Part shown: positions 1-13,129 of the stretch, piece by piece
Numbering within the stretch: the first letter of the stretch is position 1
Layout: every line of letters begins with the position of its first letter
Source: Balanoglossus misakiensis
Lineage: Eukaryota > Animalia > Hemichordata
DNA: 64,000 nt
Reading direction: 5' to 3'
NCBI GenBank assembly: GCA_040954595.2
Contig: CM082589.2
Location: forward strand, 9,064,894 to 9,128,893
Position numbers and translations under genes: made by a program
The notes under the pieces: model-generated
What the model saw: only the letters and a program-made list of their open reading frames with translations
Told to the model about the DNA's origin: nothing
The model's database searches: none

Positions 1-60
1 GCTGTTTTATCCCATGAAATATCAAGGTTATATGTATGTTTGGTGCTGTTAAAGTGTTAA

Positions 61-900
61 GTAGGTCAAAGGTCACCCAGAGGTCACCCAACATTTGGGC
101 AGAAAATTTTGACCCATAGTGGTCCATGTCCAACAAAAACCAGACCTCTGGCCCTTTTGGTTAGCCTGGAATTAGGTATGCACATAAATAATGCGTAAAG
201 CAGGTGTCACAGGTGACCCAAAACTTTGGCTTTTCATTATGGCCCCATACCTCCAAATGCCAAGGCTGTACCTGCATTGCATGCCGAGATATGCAAAAGT
301 ACGTCAAAGGTCATCTGAGGTCATCCACAATTTGGGCAGAAAATTTTGACCCATAGTGGTCCATGTCCAACAAAAAACAGACCTCTAGCCCTTTTGGTTA
401 GCCTAGAATTAGGTATGCACATAATTAATGAGTTAAGCAGGTGTCACAGGTGACCCAAAACTTTGGCTTTTCATTATGGCCCCATACCTCCAAACGCCAA
501 GGCTGTATCTGCTGTGGATGTCAAGATATGCAAAAGTAGGTCAAAGGTCACCCGAGGTCATCCAAAATTTGTGCAGAAAATTTTGACCCATAGTGGTCCA
601 TGTCCAACAAAAAACAGACCTCTAGCCCTTTTGGTTAGCCTAGAATTAGGTATGCACATAATTAATGAGTTAAGCAGGTGTCACAGGTGACCCAAAACTT
701 TGGCTTTTCATTACCTCCAAATGCCAAGGCTGTATCTGCTGTGGATGTCAAGATATGCAAAAGTAGGTCAAAGGTCACCCGAGGTCACCCAACATTTGGG
801 CAAAATATTTTGACCCCATACTGGTCCATGTATAACAAAAACAAAACTTCTAGGTCTATTGGTTCATCTGTAATTAGGTATGTGCATATTTAATGAGGTC
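61..900. repeat. ~237-bp internal subrepeat of the HINE unit (copy number varies between units)
   Basis: AGGTGTCACAGGTGACCCAAAACTTTGG recurs at ~202, 439 and 676. Extra copies explain unit lengths of about 1.43, 1.66 and 1.88 kb across the array. Confidence 0.9.
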
Positions 901-1163
901 ACCAGAGGTCAAAGGGGTCATGAAAAGTAGCAAAATTTTTGGATCACATACAAATCCACATACATCAAAAACCAAACTTATAGCCCTATTGGTTAGCCTG
1001 GAATTAGATATGCAGAAAAGTAGGTCAAAGGTCATTGCCAAAATTACCAAAATATTTATAGCTTATTCTTGACATATGATGATTCATATCCGTAAAAAGA
1101 ATTTCTGTGCTATCAATTTTTAGGCTAGAAAGGGAATTTTTACTTTTTAATCGTTTTTCACAA

Positions 1164-1460
1164 AATCCAATATGGCCGCCATAATCTTCGACCAATCACA
1201 TTCCTCTTCGCAAATTTGATAGACATCTGTTTAATGACCACACACACCAAATCTTGTGACTCATTTATCGCCGGTTCTTGAGAAGAAGATTTTTGAAATT
1301 TTACTATGGTTTTTCGAAAATCCAATATGGCCGCCATAATCTTCAACCAATCACAATGATCTTCGCAAACTTGATAGACATCAGTTAGGTGACCACATAC
1401 CCCAAACCGCGTGACTCGGTTATCACTGGTTCTGGAGAAGAAGATTTTTGAAATTTAAGC
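1164..1460. repeat. ~155-bp internal subrepeat of the HINE unit (example copy)
   Basis: AATCCAATATGGCCGCCATAATCTTC at ~1164 and ~1319; same spacing at ~2829/2984 and in other units. Confidence 0.85.
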
Positions 1461-4400
1461 CAGATTTTAGAAAAAAAATTGTAGCAAAAAATTGCAACTT
1501 TGTCAGTATAATTTCCAATTACAAAAATGATTGCCAGAAGGTAGTCTACCAGCATGCCAAATTTGAAGTCGATCTGACTTGTAGTTTCTGAGATCTGAGA
1601 TTTGCATTTTTTCAGAAAATCCAAGATGGCCGCCAGGTCATGTGACTAATTAAAAATTCAAGGGTTCGATGCACGACTACTCATTGACCTTGACCACTGT
1701 AGCAAGTTTCAGAAGTGTACCTGCAGCGGTGTCTGAGATCTCGTGGGTCAAAGAATTGACACAAGAATAAAGAAAGAAAGAAAGAATTAAAGCTGCAAGC
1801 AGCATTGTCCGGGCCCAAGCTCTATTATCTGATCTGATTATTAGATATGCACATAATTAATGAGTAGAAACATAATGCTGTGTTTTATCCCATGAAATAT
1901 CAAGGTTATATCTATGTTTGGTGTTGATATAGTGTTAAGTAGGTCAAAGGTCATCTGAGGTCACCCAAAATTTGGGCAGAAAATTTTGACCCATAGTGGT
2001 CCATGTCCAACAAAAACCAGACCTCTAGCCCTTTTGGTTAGCCCGGAATTAGGTATGCACATAAATAATGCGTAAAGCAGGTGTCACAGGTGACCCAAAA
2101 CTTTGGCTTTTCATTATGGCCCCATACCTCCAAATGCCAAGACTGTACCTGCTTTGGATGCCGATATATGCAAAAGTAGGTCAAAGGTCATCTGAGGTCA
2201 TCCAAAATTTGGGCAGAAAATTTTGACCCATAGTGGTCCATGTCCAACAAAAACCAGACATCTAGCCCTTTTGGTTAGCCCGGAATTAGGTATGCACATA
2301 AATAATGAGTAAAGCAGGTGTCACAGGTGACCCAAAACTTTGGCTTTTCATTATGGCCCCATACCTCCAAACGCCAAGGCTGTATCTGGTTTGGATGTCG
2401 AGATATGCAAAAGTAGGTCAAAGGTCACCCGAGGTCACCCAACATTTGGGCAAAATATTTTGACCCCATACTGGTCCATGTATAACAAAAACAAAACCTC
2501 TAAGGTCTATTGGTTGATCATTAATTAGGTATGCGCATATTTAATGAGGTCACCAGAGGTCAAAGGGGTCATGAAAAGTAGCAAAATTTTTTGATCACAT
2601 ACAAATCCACATACATCAAAAACCAAACTTATAGCCCTATTGGGTAGCCTGGAATTAGATATGCAGAAAAATGATGCGTCAAAAGTAGGTCAAAGGTCAT
2701 TGCCAAAATTACCAAAATATTTATAGCTTATTCTTGGCATATGATGATTCATATCCATAAAAAGAATTTCTGTGCTATCAATTTTTAGGCTAGAAAGGGA
2801 ATTTTTACTTTTTAATTGTTTTTCACAAAATCCAATATGGCCGCCATAATCTTCGACCAATTACATTCTTCTTCGCAAATTTGATAGACATCTGTTTAAT
2901 GACCACACACACCAAATCTTGTGACTCAGTTATCGCCGGTTCTTGAGAAGAAGATTTTTGAAATTTTACTAGGGTTTTACGAAAATCCAATATGGCCGCC
3001 ATAATCTTCGACCAATCACAATGATCTTCGCAAACTTGATAGACATCAGTTAGGTGACCACATACCCAAAACCCCGTGTCTTGGTTTTCACTGGTTCTGG
3101 AGAAGAAGATTTTTAAAATTTATGCCAGATTTCAGAAAAAAAATTGTAGCAAAAAACTGCAACTTTGTCAGCATAATTTCTAATTACAAAAATGATGGGC
3201 AGAAGGTAGTCTACCAGCTTGCCAAATTTGAAGTCGATCTGACTTGTAGTTTCTGAGATCTGAGATTTGCATTTTTTCAGAAAATCCAAGATGGCCGCCA
3301 GGTCACGTGACTAATTAAAAATTCAAGGGTTCAATGCACGACTACTCATTGACCTTGACCACTGTAGCAAGTTTCAGAAGTGTACCTGCAGCGGTGTCTG
3401 AGATCTCGTGGGTCAAAGAATTGACACAAGAATAAAGAAAGAAAGAAAGTAAAATTCCAACGAAACCAATACGGGCCCAAGCCTGGCTTGGCTTGGGCCC
3501 GTAATTAAAGCTGCAAGCAGCATTGTCGGGCCCAAGCGCTGATCTTGAATTATATATGCACAGTATGAATGAGAAGAAACAGAATTTTCTATCGCATGTA
3601 TTATCTCATGACATAACAAGGACTTATGTATTTTTGCTGCTGAAATAGAGTAAAGTAGGTCAAAGGTCACCTGAGGTCACCCAACATTTGGGCAAAAAAA
3701 TTTGACCCTTGCTGGGCCATGTCCAACAAAAACCAAAACTCTAGCTCTATTGGTTCGCGTATAATTAGGTATGTGCATATTTAATGAGGTCAGCAGGTGT
3801 CACAGGTGACCCAAAAATTTGGCTTTACATTTAGGTCCCATCCTGCCAAATGCCAAGGCTGTATCTGCTCTGGATGTTGAGATATGTGAAAGTAGGTCAA
3901 AAGTCACCAGAGGTCACCCAACATTTTTGGGCAAAAAATTTTGAACCCATACTGGTCCATGTTCAACAAAAACCAAAGCTCTAGCTCTATTGGTTCGCCT
4001 GTAATTAGCTATGCACATAATTAATGAGGTAAGCAGAGGTCAAAGGTGTCATGGAAAGTAGCAAAATATTTTGATCACACACTAATCCACAAGCATCAAA
4101 AACCAAACGTCTAGCCCTATAGGTTAGCCTGGAATTAGATATGCAGAAATAATAACGCGTGATAAGTAGGTCAAAGGTCATGTGAAAAATCGCCAAAAAA
4201 TTGTAACATATCTTAGTCACCTGACGATTGATATCCATAAAAAGAATTTGTATGCTATCAATTTTTAGACTAGAAAAAGGAATTTCAATTTTTCGATGCT
4301 TTTTACAAATTCCAATATGGCCGCCATAATCTTCGACCAATCACAATGCTCTTTGCAAACTTGATAGACATCAGTGTAGTGACCATACTCCCCGAATCTT

Positions 4401-7400
4401 GTGACTCGATTATCGCCCGTTCTGGAGAAGAAGACTTTTGGAGTTTTACTATAGTTTTTCGAAAATCCAATATGGCCGCCATAATCTTCGACCAATCACA
4501 ATGATCTTCGCAAACTTGATAGACCTCAGTTAGGTGACCACATACCCCAAACCGCGTGACTCGGTTATCGCCGGTTCTGGAGAAGAAGATTTTTGAAATC
4601 TTGACCAGATTTCAGAAAAACAACTGTAGCAAAAAAACTGCAACATTGACAGCAAAATATCCAATTACAAAAATGATGGGCAGAAGGTACACTACCAGCA
4701 CGCCAAATCTGAAGTAAATGTGACTTGTAGTTTCTGAGATCTGAGATTTGCATTTTTTCAGAAAATCCAATATGGCCGCCATGTCACGTGACAAATTAAA
4801 AATTCATGGGTTCAATGCACGACTACTCATTGACCTTGACCACTGTAGCAAGTTTGAGAACTGAACCTGCAGCGGTGTCTGAGATCTAGAGCGATAAAAA
4901 ATGGACAGGAGAATAAAGAAAGAAAGAAAGAAAGAAAAACCCCAACGAAACCAATAGGGCCCAAGCGCTTGCTTGCGCTTGGGCCCTAAAAAACCCCAAC
5001 GAAACCAATAGGGCCCAAGCGCTGGTATGCGCTTGGGCCCTAATTAAAGCTGCAAGCAGCATTGTCCGGGCCCAAGCTCTATTATCTGATCTGATGCTAA
5101 TATAGTGTTAAGTAGGTCAAAGGTCACCCGAGGTCACCCAACATTTGGGCAAAATATTTTGACCCCATACTGGTCTATGTATAACAAAAACAAAACCTCT
5201 AGGTCTATTGGTTCATCATTAATTAGGTATGCGCATATTTAATGAGGTCACCAGAGGTCAAAGGGGTCATGAAAAGTAGCAAAATGTTTTGATCACATAC
5301 AAATCCACATACATCAAAAACCAAACTTATAGCCCTATTGGTTAGCCTGGAATTAGATATGCAGAAAAATGATGCATCAAAAGTAGGTCAAAGGTCATTG
5401 CCAAAATTACCAAAATATTTATAGCTTATTCTTGTCATATGATGATTCATATCCATAAAAAGAATTTCTGTGCTATCAATTTTTAGGCTAGAAAGGGCAT
5501 TTTTACTTTTTAATCGTTTTTCACAAAATCCAATATGGCCGCCATAATCTTCGACCAATCACATTCCTCTTTGCAAACTTGATAGACATCTGTTTAATGA
5601 ACACACACACCAAATCTTGTGACTCGGTTATCGCCGGTTCTTGAGTAGAAGATTTTTCAAATTTTACTAGGGTTTTTCGAAAATCCAATATGGCCGCCAT
5701 AATCTTGGACCAATCACAATGATCTTCGCAAACTTGATAGACATCAGTTAGGTGACCACATAACCCAAACCCCGTGTCTCGGTTATCACCGGTTCTGGAG
5801 AAGAAGATTTTTGAAATTTAGGCCAGATTTCAGAAAAACAACTGTAGCAAAAAAACTGCAACTTTGTCAGCATAATTTCCAATTACAAAAATGATGGGCA
5901 GAAGGTAGTCTACCAGCATGCCAAATTTGAAGTCGATCTCACTTGTAGTTTCTGAGATCTGAGATTTGCATTTTTTCAGAAAATCCAAGATGGCCGCCAT
6001 GTCACGTGACTAATTAAGTATTCACAAGTCACTGCACATCTACTCATTGACCTTGACCACTGTAGATAGTTTGAGAACTGTACCTGCAGCGGTGTCTGAG
6101 ATCTAGAGCGATAAAGAATGGAACCAAGAATAAAGAAAGAAAGAAAGACAGAAAAACCCCAGCGAAACCAATACGGGCCCAAGCCTGGCTTGGCTTGGGC
6201 CCGTAATTAAAGCTGCAAGCAGCATTGTCCGGGCCCAAGCTTTATTATCTGATCTGATTATTAGATATGCACATAATTAATGAGTAGAAACATAATGCTG
6301 TGTTTTATCCCATGAAATATCATGGTTATATCTATGTTTAGTACTGATATAGTGTTAAGTAGGTCAAAGGTCACTCAGAGGTCACCCACAATTTGGGCAG
6401 AAAATTTTGACCCATAGTTGTCCATGTCGAACAAAAACCAGACCTCTAGCACTTTTGGTTAGCCCGGAATTAGGTATGCACATAAATAATGAGTTAAGCA
6501 GGTGTCACAGGTGACCCAAAACTTTGGCTTTTCATTATGGCCCCATACCTCCAAACACCAAGGCTGTATCTGCTGTGGATGCTGAGATTTGCAAAAGTAA
6601 GTCAAAGGTCACCAGAGGTCACCCAACATTTGGGTAAAATTTTTTGACCCCATACTAGTCCTGTCCAACAAAAACAAAACCTCTAGGTCTATTGGTTCGC
6701 CTGTAATTAGCTATGCACATAATTAATGAGGTCAGCAGGGGTCAAAGGGGTCATGAAAAGTAGCAAAATATTTTGATCACACACTAATCCACATACATCA
6801 AAAACCAAACTTATAGCCCTAGTGGTTAGCCTGGAATTAGATATGCAGAAAAATGATGCATCAAAAGTAGGTCAAAGGTCATTGCCAAAATTACCAAAAT
6901 ATTTATAGCACATTGTAGTCATATGATGATTCATATCCATAAAAAGAATGTCTGTGCTATCAATTTTTAGTCTAGAAAGGGAATTTTTACTTTTTAATCG
7001 TTTTACACAAAATCCAATATGGCCGCCATAATCTTCGACCAATCACAATGCTCTTCGCAAACTTGATAGACATCTGATTAATGACCACACACACCAAATC
7101 TTGTGACTCGGTTATCGCTGGTTCTTGAGAAGAAGATTTTTGAAATTTTACTAGGGTTTTTCGAAAATCCAATATGGCCGCCATAATCTTCGACCAATCA
7201 CAATGATCTTCGCAAACTTGATAGACCTCAGTTTGGTGACCACATACCCCAAACCCAGTGTCTCGGTTATCACCGGTTCTGGAGAAGAAGATTTTTGAAA
7301 TTTAAGCCAGATTTCAGAAAAAAAATTGTAGCAAAAAAACTGCAACTTTTTCAGCATAATTTCCAATTACAAAAATGATAAGCAGAAGGTAGTCTACCTG

Positions 7401-10400
7401 CACGCCAAATTTGAAGTCGATCTGACTTGTAGTTTCTGAGATCTGAGATTTGCATATTTTCAGAAAATCCAAGATGGCTGCCAGGTCATGTGACTAATTA
7501 GAAATTCAAGGGTTCAATGCACGACTACTCATTGACCTTGACCACTGTAGCAAGTTTCAGAAGTGTACCTGCAGTGGTGTCTGAGATCTAGAGCGACAAA
7601 GAATTGACACAAGAATAAAGAAAGAAGAAAGAAAGAAAGATTAAAGCTGCAAGCAGCATTGTCCGGGCCCAAGCTCTATTATCTGATCTGATTATTAGAT
7701 ATGCACATAATTAATGAGTAGAAACATAATGCTGTGTTTTATCCCATGAAATATCAAGATTATATCTATGTTTAGTGCTGATATAGTGTTAAGTAGGTCA
7801 GAGGTCACCCACAGTTTGGGCAGAAAATTTTGACCCATAGTGGTCCATGTCCAACAAAAACCAGACCTCTAACCCTTTTGGTTAGCCCGGAATTAGGTAT
7901 GCACATAAATAATGAGTTAAGCAGGTGTCACAGGTGACCCAAAACTTTGGCTTTTCATTATGGCACCATACCTCCAAACGCCAAGGCTGTATCTGCTGTG
8001 GATGCTGAGATTTGCGAAATTAGGTCAAAGGTCACCAGAGGTCACCTAAAATTTGGGTAAAAAATTTTGACCCTATACTTGTCCTGTCCAACAAAAACAA
8101 AACCTCTAGGTCTATTGGTTCATCTGTAATTAGGTATGCGCATATTTAATGAGGTCAGCAGAGGTCAAAGGGGTCATGAAAAGTACCAAAATTTTTTGAT
8201 CACATACAAATCCACATACATCAAAAACCAAACTTATAGCCCTATTGGTTAGCCTGGAATTAGATATGCAGAAAATTAATGCGTCAAAAGTAGGTCAAAG
8301 GTCATTGCCAAAATTACCAAAATATTTATAGCTTATTCTTGTTATATGATGATTCATATCCATAAAAAGAATTTCTGTGCTATCAATTTTTAGGCTAGAA
8401 AGGGAATTTTTACTTTTTAATCGTTTTTCACAAAATCCAATATGGCCGCCATAATCTTCGACCAATCACATTCCTCTTCGCAAACTTGATAGACATCTGT
8501 TGAATGACCACACACACAAAATCTTGTGACTCGGTTATCGCCGGTTCTCGAGAAGAAGATTTTTGAAATTTTACTAGGGTTTTTCGAAAATCCAATATGG
8601 CCGCCATAATCTTCGACCAATCACAATGATCTTCGCAAACTTGATAGACATCAGTTAGGTGACCACATACCCCAAACCCCATGTCTCGGTTATCACCAGT
8701 TCTGGAGAAGAAGATTTTTGAAATTTAAGCCAGATTTCAGAAAAAAAATTGTAGCAAAAAAACTGCAACATTGACAGCATAATTTCCAATTACAAAAATG
8801 TTTGACAGAAGGTAGTCTACCTGCACGCCAAATTTGAAGTCGATCTGACTTGTAGTTTCTGAGATCTGAGATTTGCATTTTTTCAGAAAATCCAAGATGG
8901 CCGCCAGGTCATGTGACTAATTAAAAATTCATGGGTTCAATGCACGACTACTCATTGACCTTGACCACTGTAGCAAGTTTGAGAACTGTACCTGCAGTGG
9001 TGTCTGAGATCTAGAGCGACAAAGAAATGACAGAAGAATAAAGAAAGAAAGAAAGAAAGAATTAAAGCTGCAAGCAGCATTGTCCGGGCCCAAGCTCTAT
9101 TATCTGATCAGATTATTAGATATGCACATAATTAATGAGTAGAAACATAATGCTGTGTTTTATCCCATGAAATATCAAGGTTATATCTATGTTTGGTGTT
9201 GATATAGTGTTAAGTAGGTCAAAGGTCACCCAGAGGTCACCCACAATTTGGGCAGAAAATTTTGATCCATAGTGGTCCATGTCCAACAAAAACCAGACCT
9301 CTAGCCCTTTTGGTTAGCCCGGAATTACGTATGCACATAAATAATGAGTTAAGCAGGTGTCAAAGGTGACCCAAAACTTTGGCTTTTCATTATGGCCCCA
9401 TACCTCCAAACGCCAAGGTTGTATCTGCTGTGGATGTCGAGATATGCAAAAGTAGGTCAAAGGTCACCCGAGGTCACCCAACATTTGGGCAAAATATTTT
9501 GACCCCATACTGGTCCATGTATAACAAAAACAAAACCTCTAGGTCTATTGGTTCATCATTAATTAGGTATGCGCATATTTAATGAGGTCACCAGAGGTCA
9601 AAGGGGTCATGAAAAGTAGCAACATTTTTTGATCACATACAAATCCACATACATCAAAAACCAAACTTATAGCCCTATTGGTAAGCCTGGAATTAGATAT
9701 GCAGAAAAATGATGCGTCAAAAGTAGGTCAAAGGTCATTGCCAAAATTACCAAAATATTTATAGCTTATTCTTGTCATATGATGATTCATATCCATAAAA
9801 AGAATTTCTGTGCTATCAATTTTTAGGCTAGAAAAGGAATTTTTACTTTTTAATCGTTTTTCACAAAATCCAATATGGCCGCCATAATCTTCGACCAATC
9901 ACATTCCCCTTCGCAAACTTGATAGACACCTGTTTAATGACCACACACACCAAATCTTGTGACTCGGTTATCGCCCGTTCTTGAGAAGAAGATTTTTGAA
10001 GTTTTACTATGGTTTTTCGAAAATCCAATATGGCCGCCATAATCTTCGACCAATCACAATGATCTTCGCAAACTTGATAGACATCAGTTAGGTGACCACA
10101 TACCCCAAACCGCGTGACTCAGTTATCACCGGTTCTGGAGAAGAAGATTTTTGAAATTTAAGCCAGATTTCAGAAAAAAAATTGTAGTAAAAAAACTGCA
10201 ACATTTACAGCAAAATATCCAATTACAAAAATGATGGGTAGAAGGTAGACTACCTGCACACCAAATTTGAAGTCGATCTGACTTGTAGTTTCTGAGATCT
10301 GAGATTTGCATTTTTTCAGAAAATCCAATATGGCCGCCAGGTCACGTGACTAATTAAAAATTCACAGGTTCAATGCACGACTACTCATTGACCTTGACCA

Positions 10401-13129
10401 CTGTAGCAAGTTTCAGAAGTGTACCTGCAGCGGTGTCTGAGATCTAGAGCGACAAAGAATTGACACAAGAATAAAGAAAGAAGAAAGAAAAACCCCAACG
10501 AAACCAATAGGGCCCAAGCGCTGGTATGCGCTTGGGCCCTAAAAACCCCAACGAAACCAATAGGGCCCAAGCGCTGGTATGCGCTTGGGCCCTAATTAAA
10601 GCTGCAAGCAGCATTGTCCGGGCCCAAGCTTTATTATCTGATCTAATTATTAGATATGCACATAATTAATGAGTAGAAACATAATGCTGTGTTTTATCCC
10701 ATGAAATATCAAGGTTATATCTATGTTTGGTGTTGATATAGTGTTAAGTAGGTCAAAGGTCACCCAGAGGTCACCCACAATTTGGGCAGAAAATTTTGAC
10801 CCATAGTGGTCCATGTCCAACAAAAACCAGATCTCTAGCCCTTTTGGTTAGCCCGGAATTAGGTATGCACATAAATAATGAGTTAAGCAGGTGTCACAGG
10901 TGACCTAAAACTTTGGCTTTTCATTATGGCCCCATACCTCCAAACGCCAAGGCTGTATCTGCTGTGGATGCTGAGATATGCGAAAGTAGGTCAAAGGTCA
11001 CCAGAGGTCACCCAACATTTGGGCAAAAATTTTTGATCCCATACTGGTCCATGTCCAACAAAAACCAAACCTCTAGCTCTATTGGTTCGCCTGTAATTAG
11101 CTATGCACATATTTAATGAGGTCAGCAGAGGTCAAAGGGGTCATGAAAAGTAGCAAAATTTTTTGATCACATACAAATCCACATACATCAAAAACCAAAC
11201 TTATAGCCCTATTGGTTAGCCTGGAATTAGATATGCAGAAAAATGATGCGTCAAAAGTAGGTCAAAGGTCATTGCCAAAATTACCAAAATATTTATAGCT
11301 CATTCTTGGCATATGATGATTCATATCCATAAAAAGAATTTCTGTGCTATCAATTTTTAGGCTAGAAAGGGAATTTTTACTTTTTAATCATTTTTCACAA
11401 AATCCAATATGGCCGCCATAATCTTCGACCAATCACAATGCTCTTTGCAAACTTGATAGACATCAGTATAGTGACCATACTGCCCAAATCTTGTGACTCA
11501 GTTATTGCCGGTTCTTGAGAAGAAGATTTTTGAAGTTTTACTATGGTTTTTCGAAAATCCAATATGGCCGCCATAATCTTCGACCAATCACAATGATCTT
11601 CGCAAACTTGATAGACCTCAGCTTGGTGACCACATACCCAAAACCGCGTGACTCGGTTATCGCCGGTTCTGGAGAAGAAGATTTTTGAAATTTAAGCCAG
11701 ATTTCAGAAAAACAACTGTAGCAAAAAAACTGCAACATTGACAGCAAAATATCCAATTACAAAAATGATGGGCAGAAGGTACACTACCAGCACACCAAAT
11801 CTGAAGTAAATCTGACTTGTAGTTTCTGAGATCTGAGATTTGCATTTTTTCAGAAAATCCAATATGGCCGCCATGTCACGTGACTAATTAAAAATTCAAG
11901 AGTTCAATGCACGACTACCCATTGACCTTGACCACTGTAGCAAGTTTGAGAAGTGTACCTGCAGCGGTGTCTGAGATCTAGAGCGACAAAGAAATGACAG
12001 AAGAATAAAGAAAGAAAGACAGAATTAAAGCTGCAAGCAGCATTGTCGGGCCCAAGCGCTGATCTTGAATTATATATGCACAGTATGAATGAGAAAAAAC
12101 AGAATTTTCTATCGTATGTATTATCTGATGACATAACAAGGATGTGTGTATTTTTGCTGCTGAAATAGGGTGAAGTAGGTCAAAGGTCACCAGAGGTCAC
12201 GCAACATTTGGGCAAAAAATTTTGATCCCATACTGGTCCATGTCCAACAAAAAACAAAACTCTAGCTCTATTGGTTCGCCTGTAATTAGGTATGTGCATA
12301 TTTAATGAGGTCAGCAGGTGTCACAGGTGACTCAAAAATGTGGCTTTACATTTTGGTCCCATCATACCAAATGCCATGGCTGTATCTGCTCTGGATGCTG
12401 AGATATGCGAAAGTAGGTCAAAGGTCACCAGAGGTCACGCAACATTTGGGCAAAAATTTTTGATCTCATACTGGTCTGTGTCCAACAAAAACCAAACCTC
12501 TAGCTCTATTGGTTCGCCTGTAATTAGCTATGCACATAATTAATGAGGTCAGCAGAGGTCAAAGGGGTCATGAAAAGTAGCACAATATTTTGATCACACA
12601 CTAATCCACATTCATCAAAAACCAAACGTCTAGCCCTATAGGTTAGCCTGGAATTAGATATGCAGAAATACTAACGCGTGATAAGTAGGTCAAAGGTCAT
12701 GTGAAAAATCGCCAAAAAATTGTAACATATTTTAGTCACATGACGATTGATATCCATAAAAAGAATTTGTATGCTATCAATTTTTAGACTAGAAAAAGGA
12801 ATTTCAATTTTTCACTGCTTTTTACAAAATCCAATATGGCCGCCATAATCTTCGACCAATCACAATGCTCTTTGCAAACTTGATAGACATCAGTGTAGTG
12901 ACCATACTCCCCGAATCTTGCGACTCAGTCATCGCCCGTTCTTGAGAAGAAGATTTTTTGAGTTTAACTATGGTTTTTCTAAAATCCAATATGGCCGCCA
13001 TAATCTTCGACCAATCACAATGATCTTCGCAAACTTGATAGACATCAGTTAGGTGACCACATACCCCAAACCCCGTGACTCAGTTATCACCGGTTCTGGA
13101 GAAGAAGATTTTTGAAAATTAAGCCAGAT

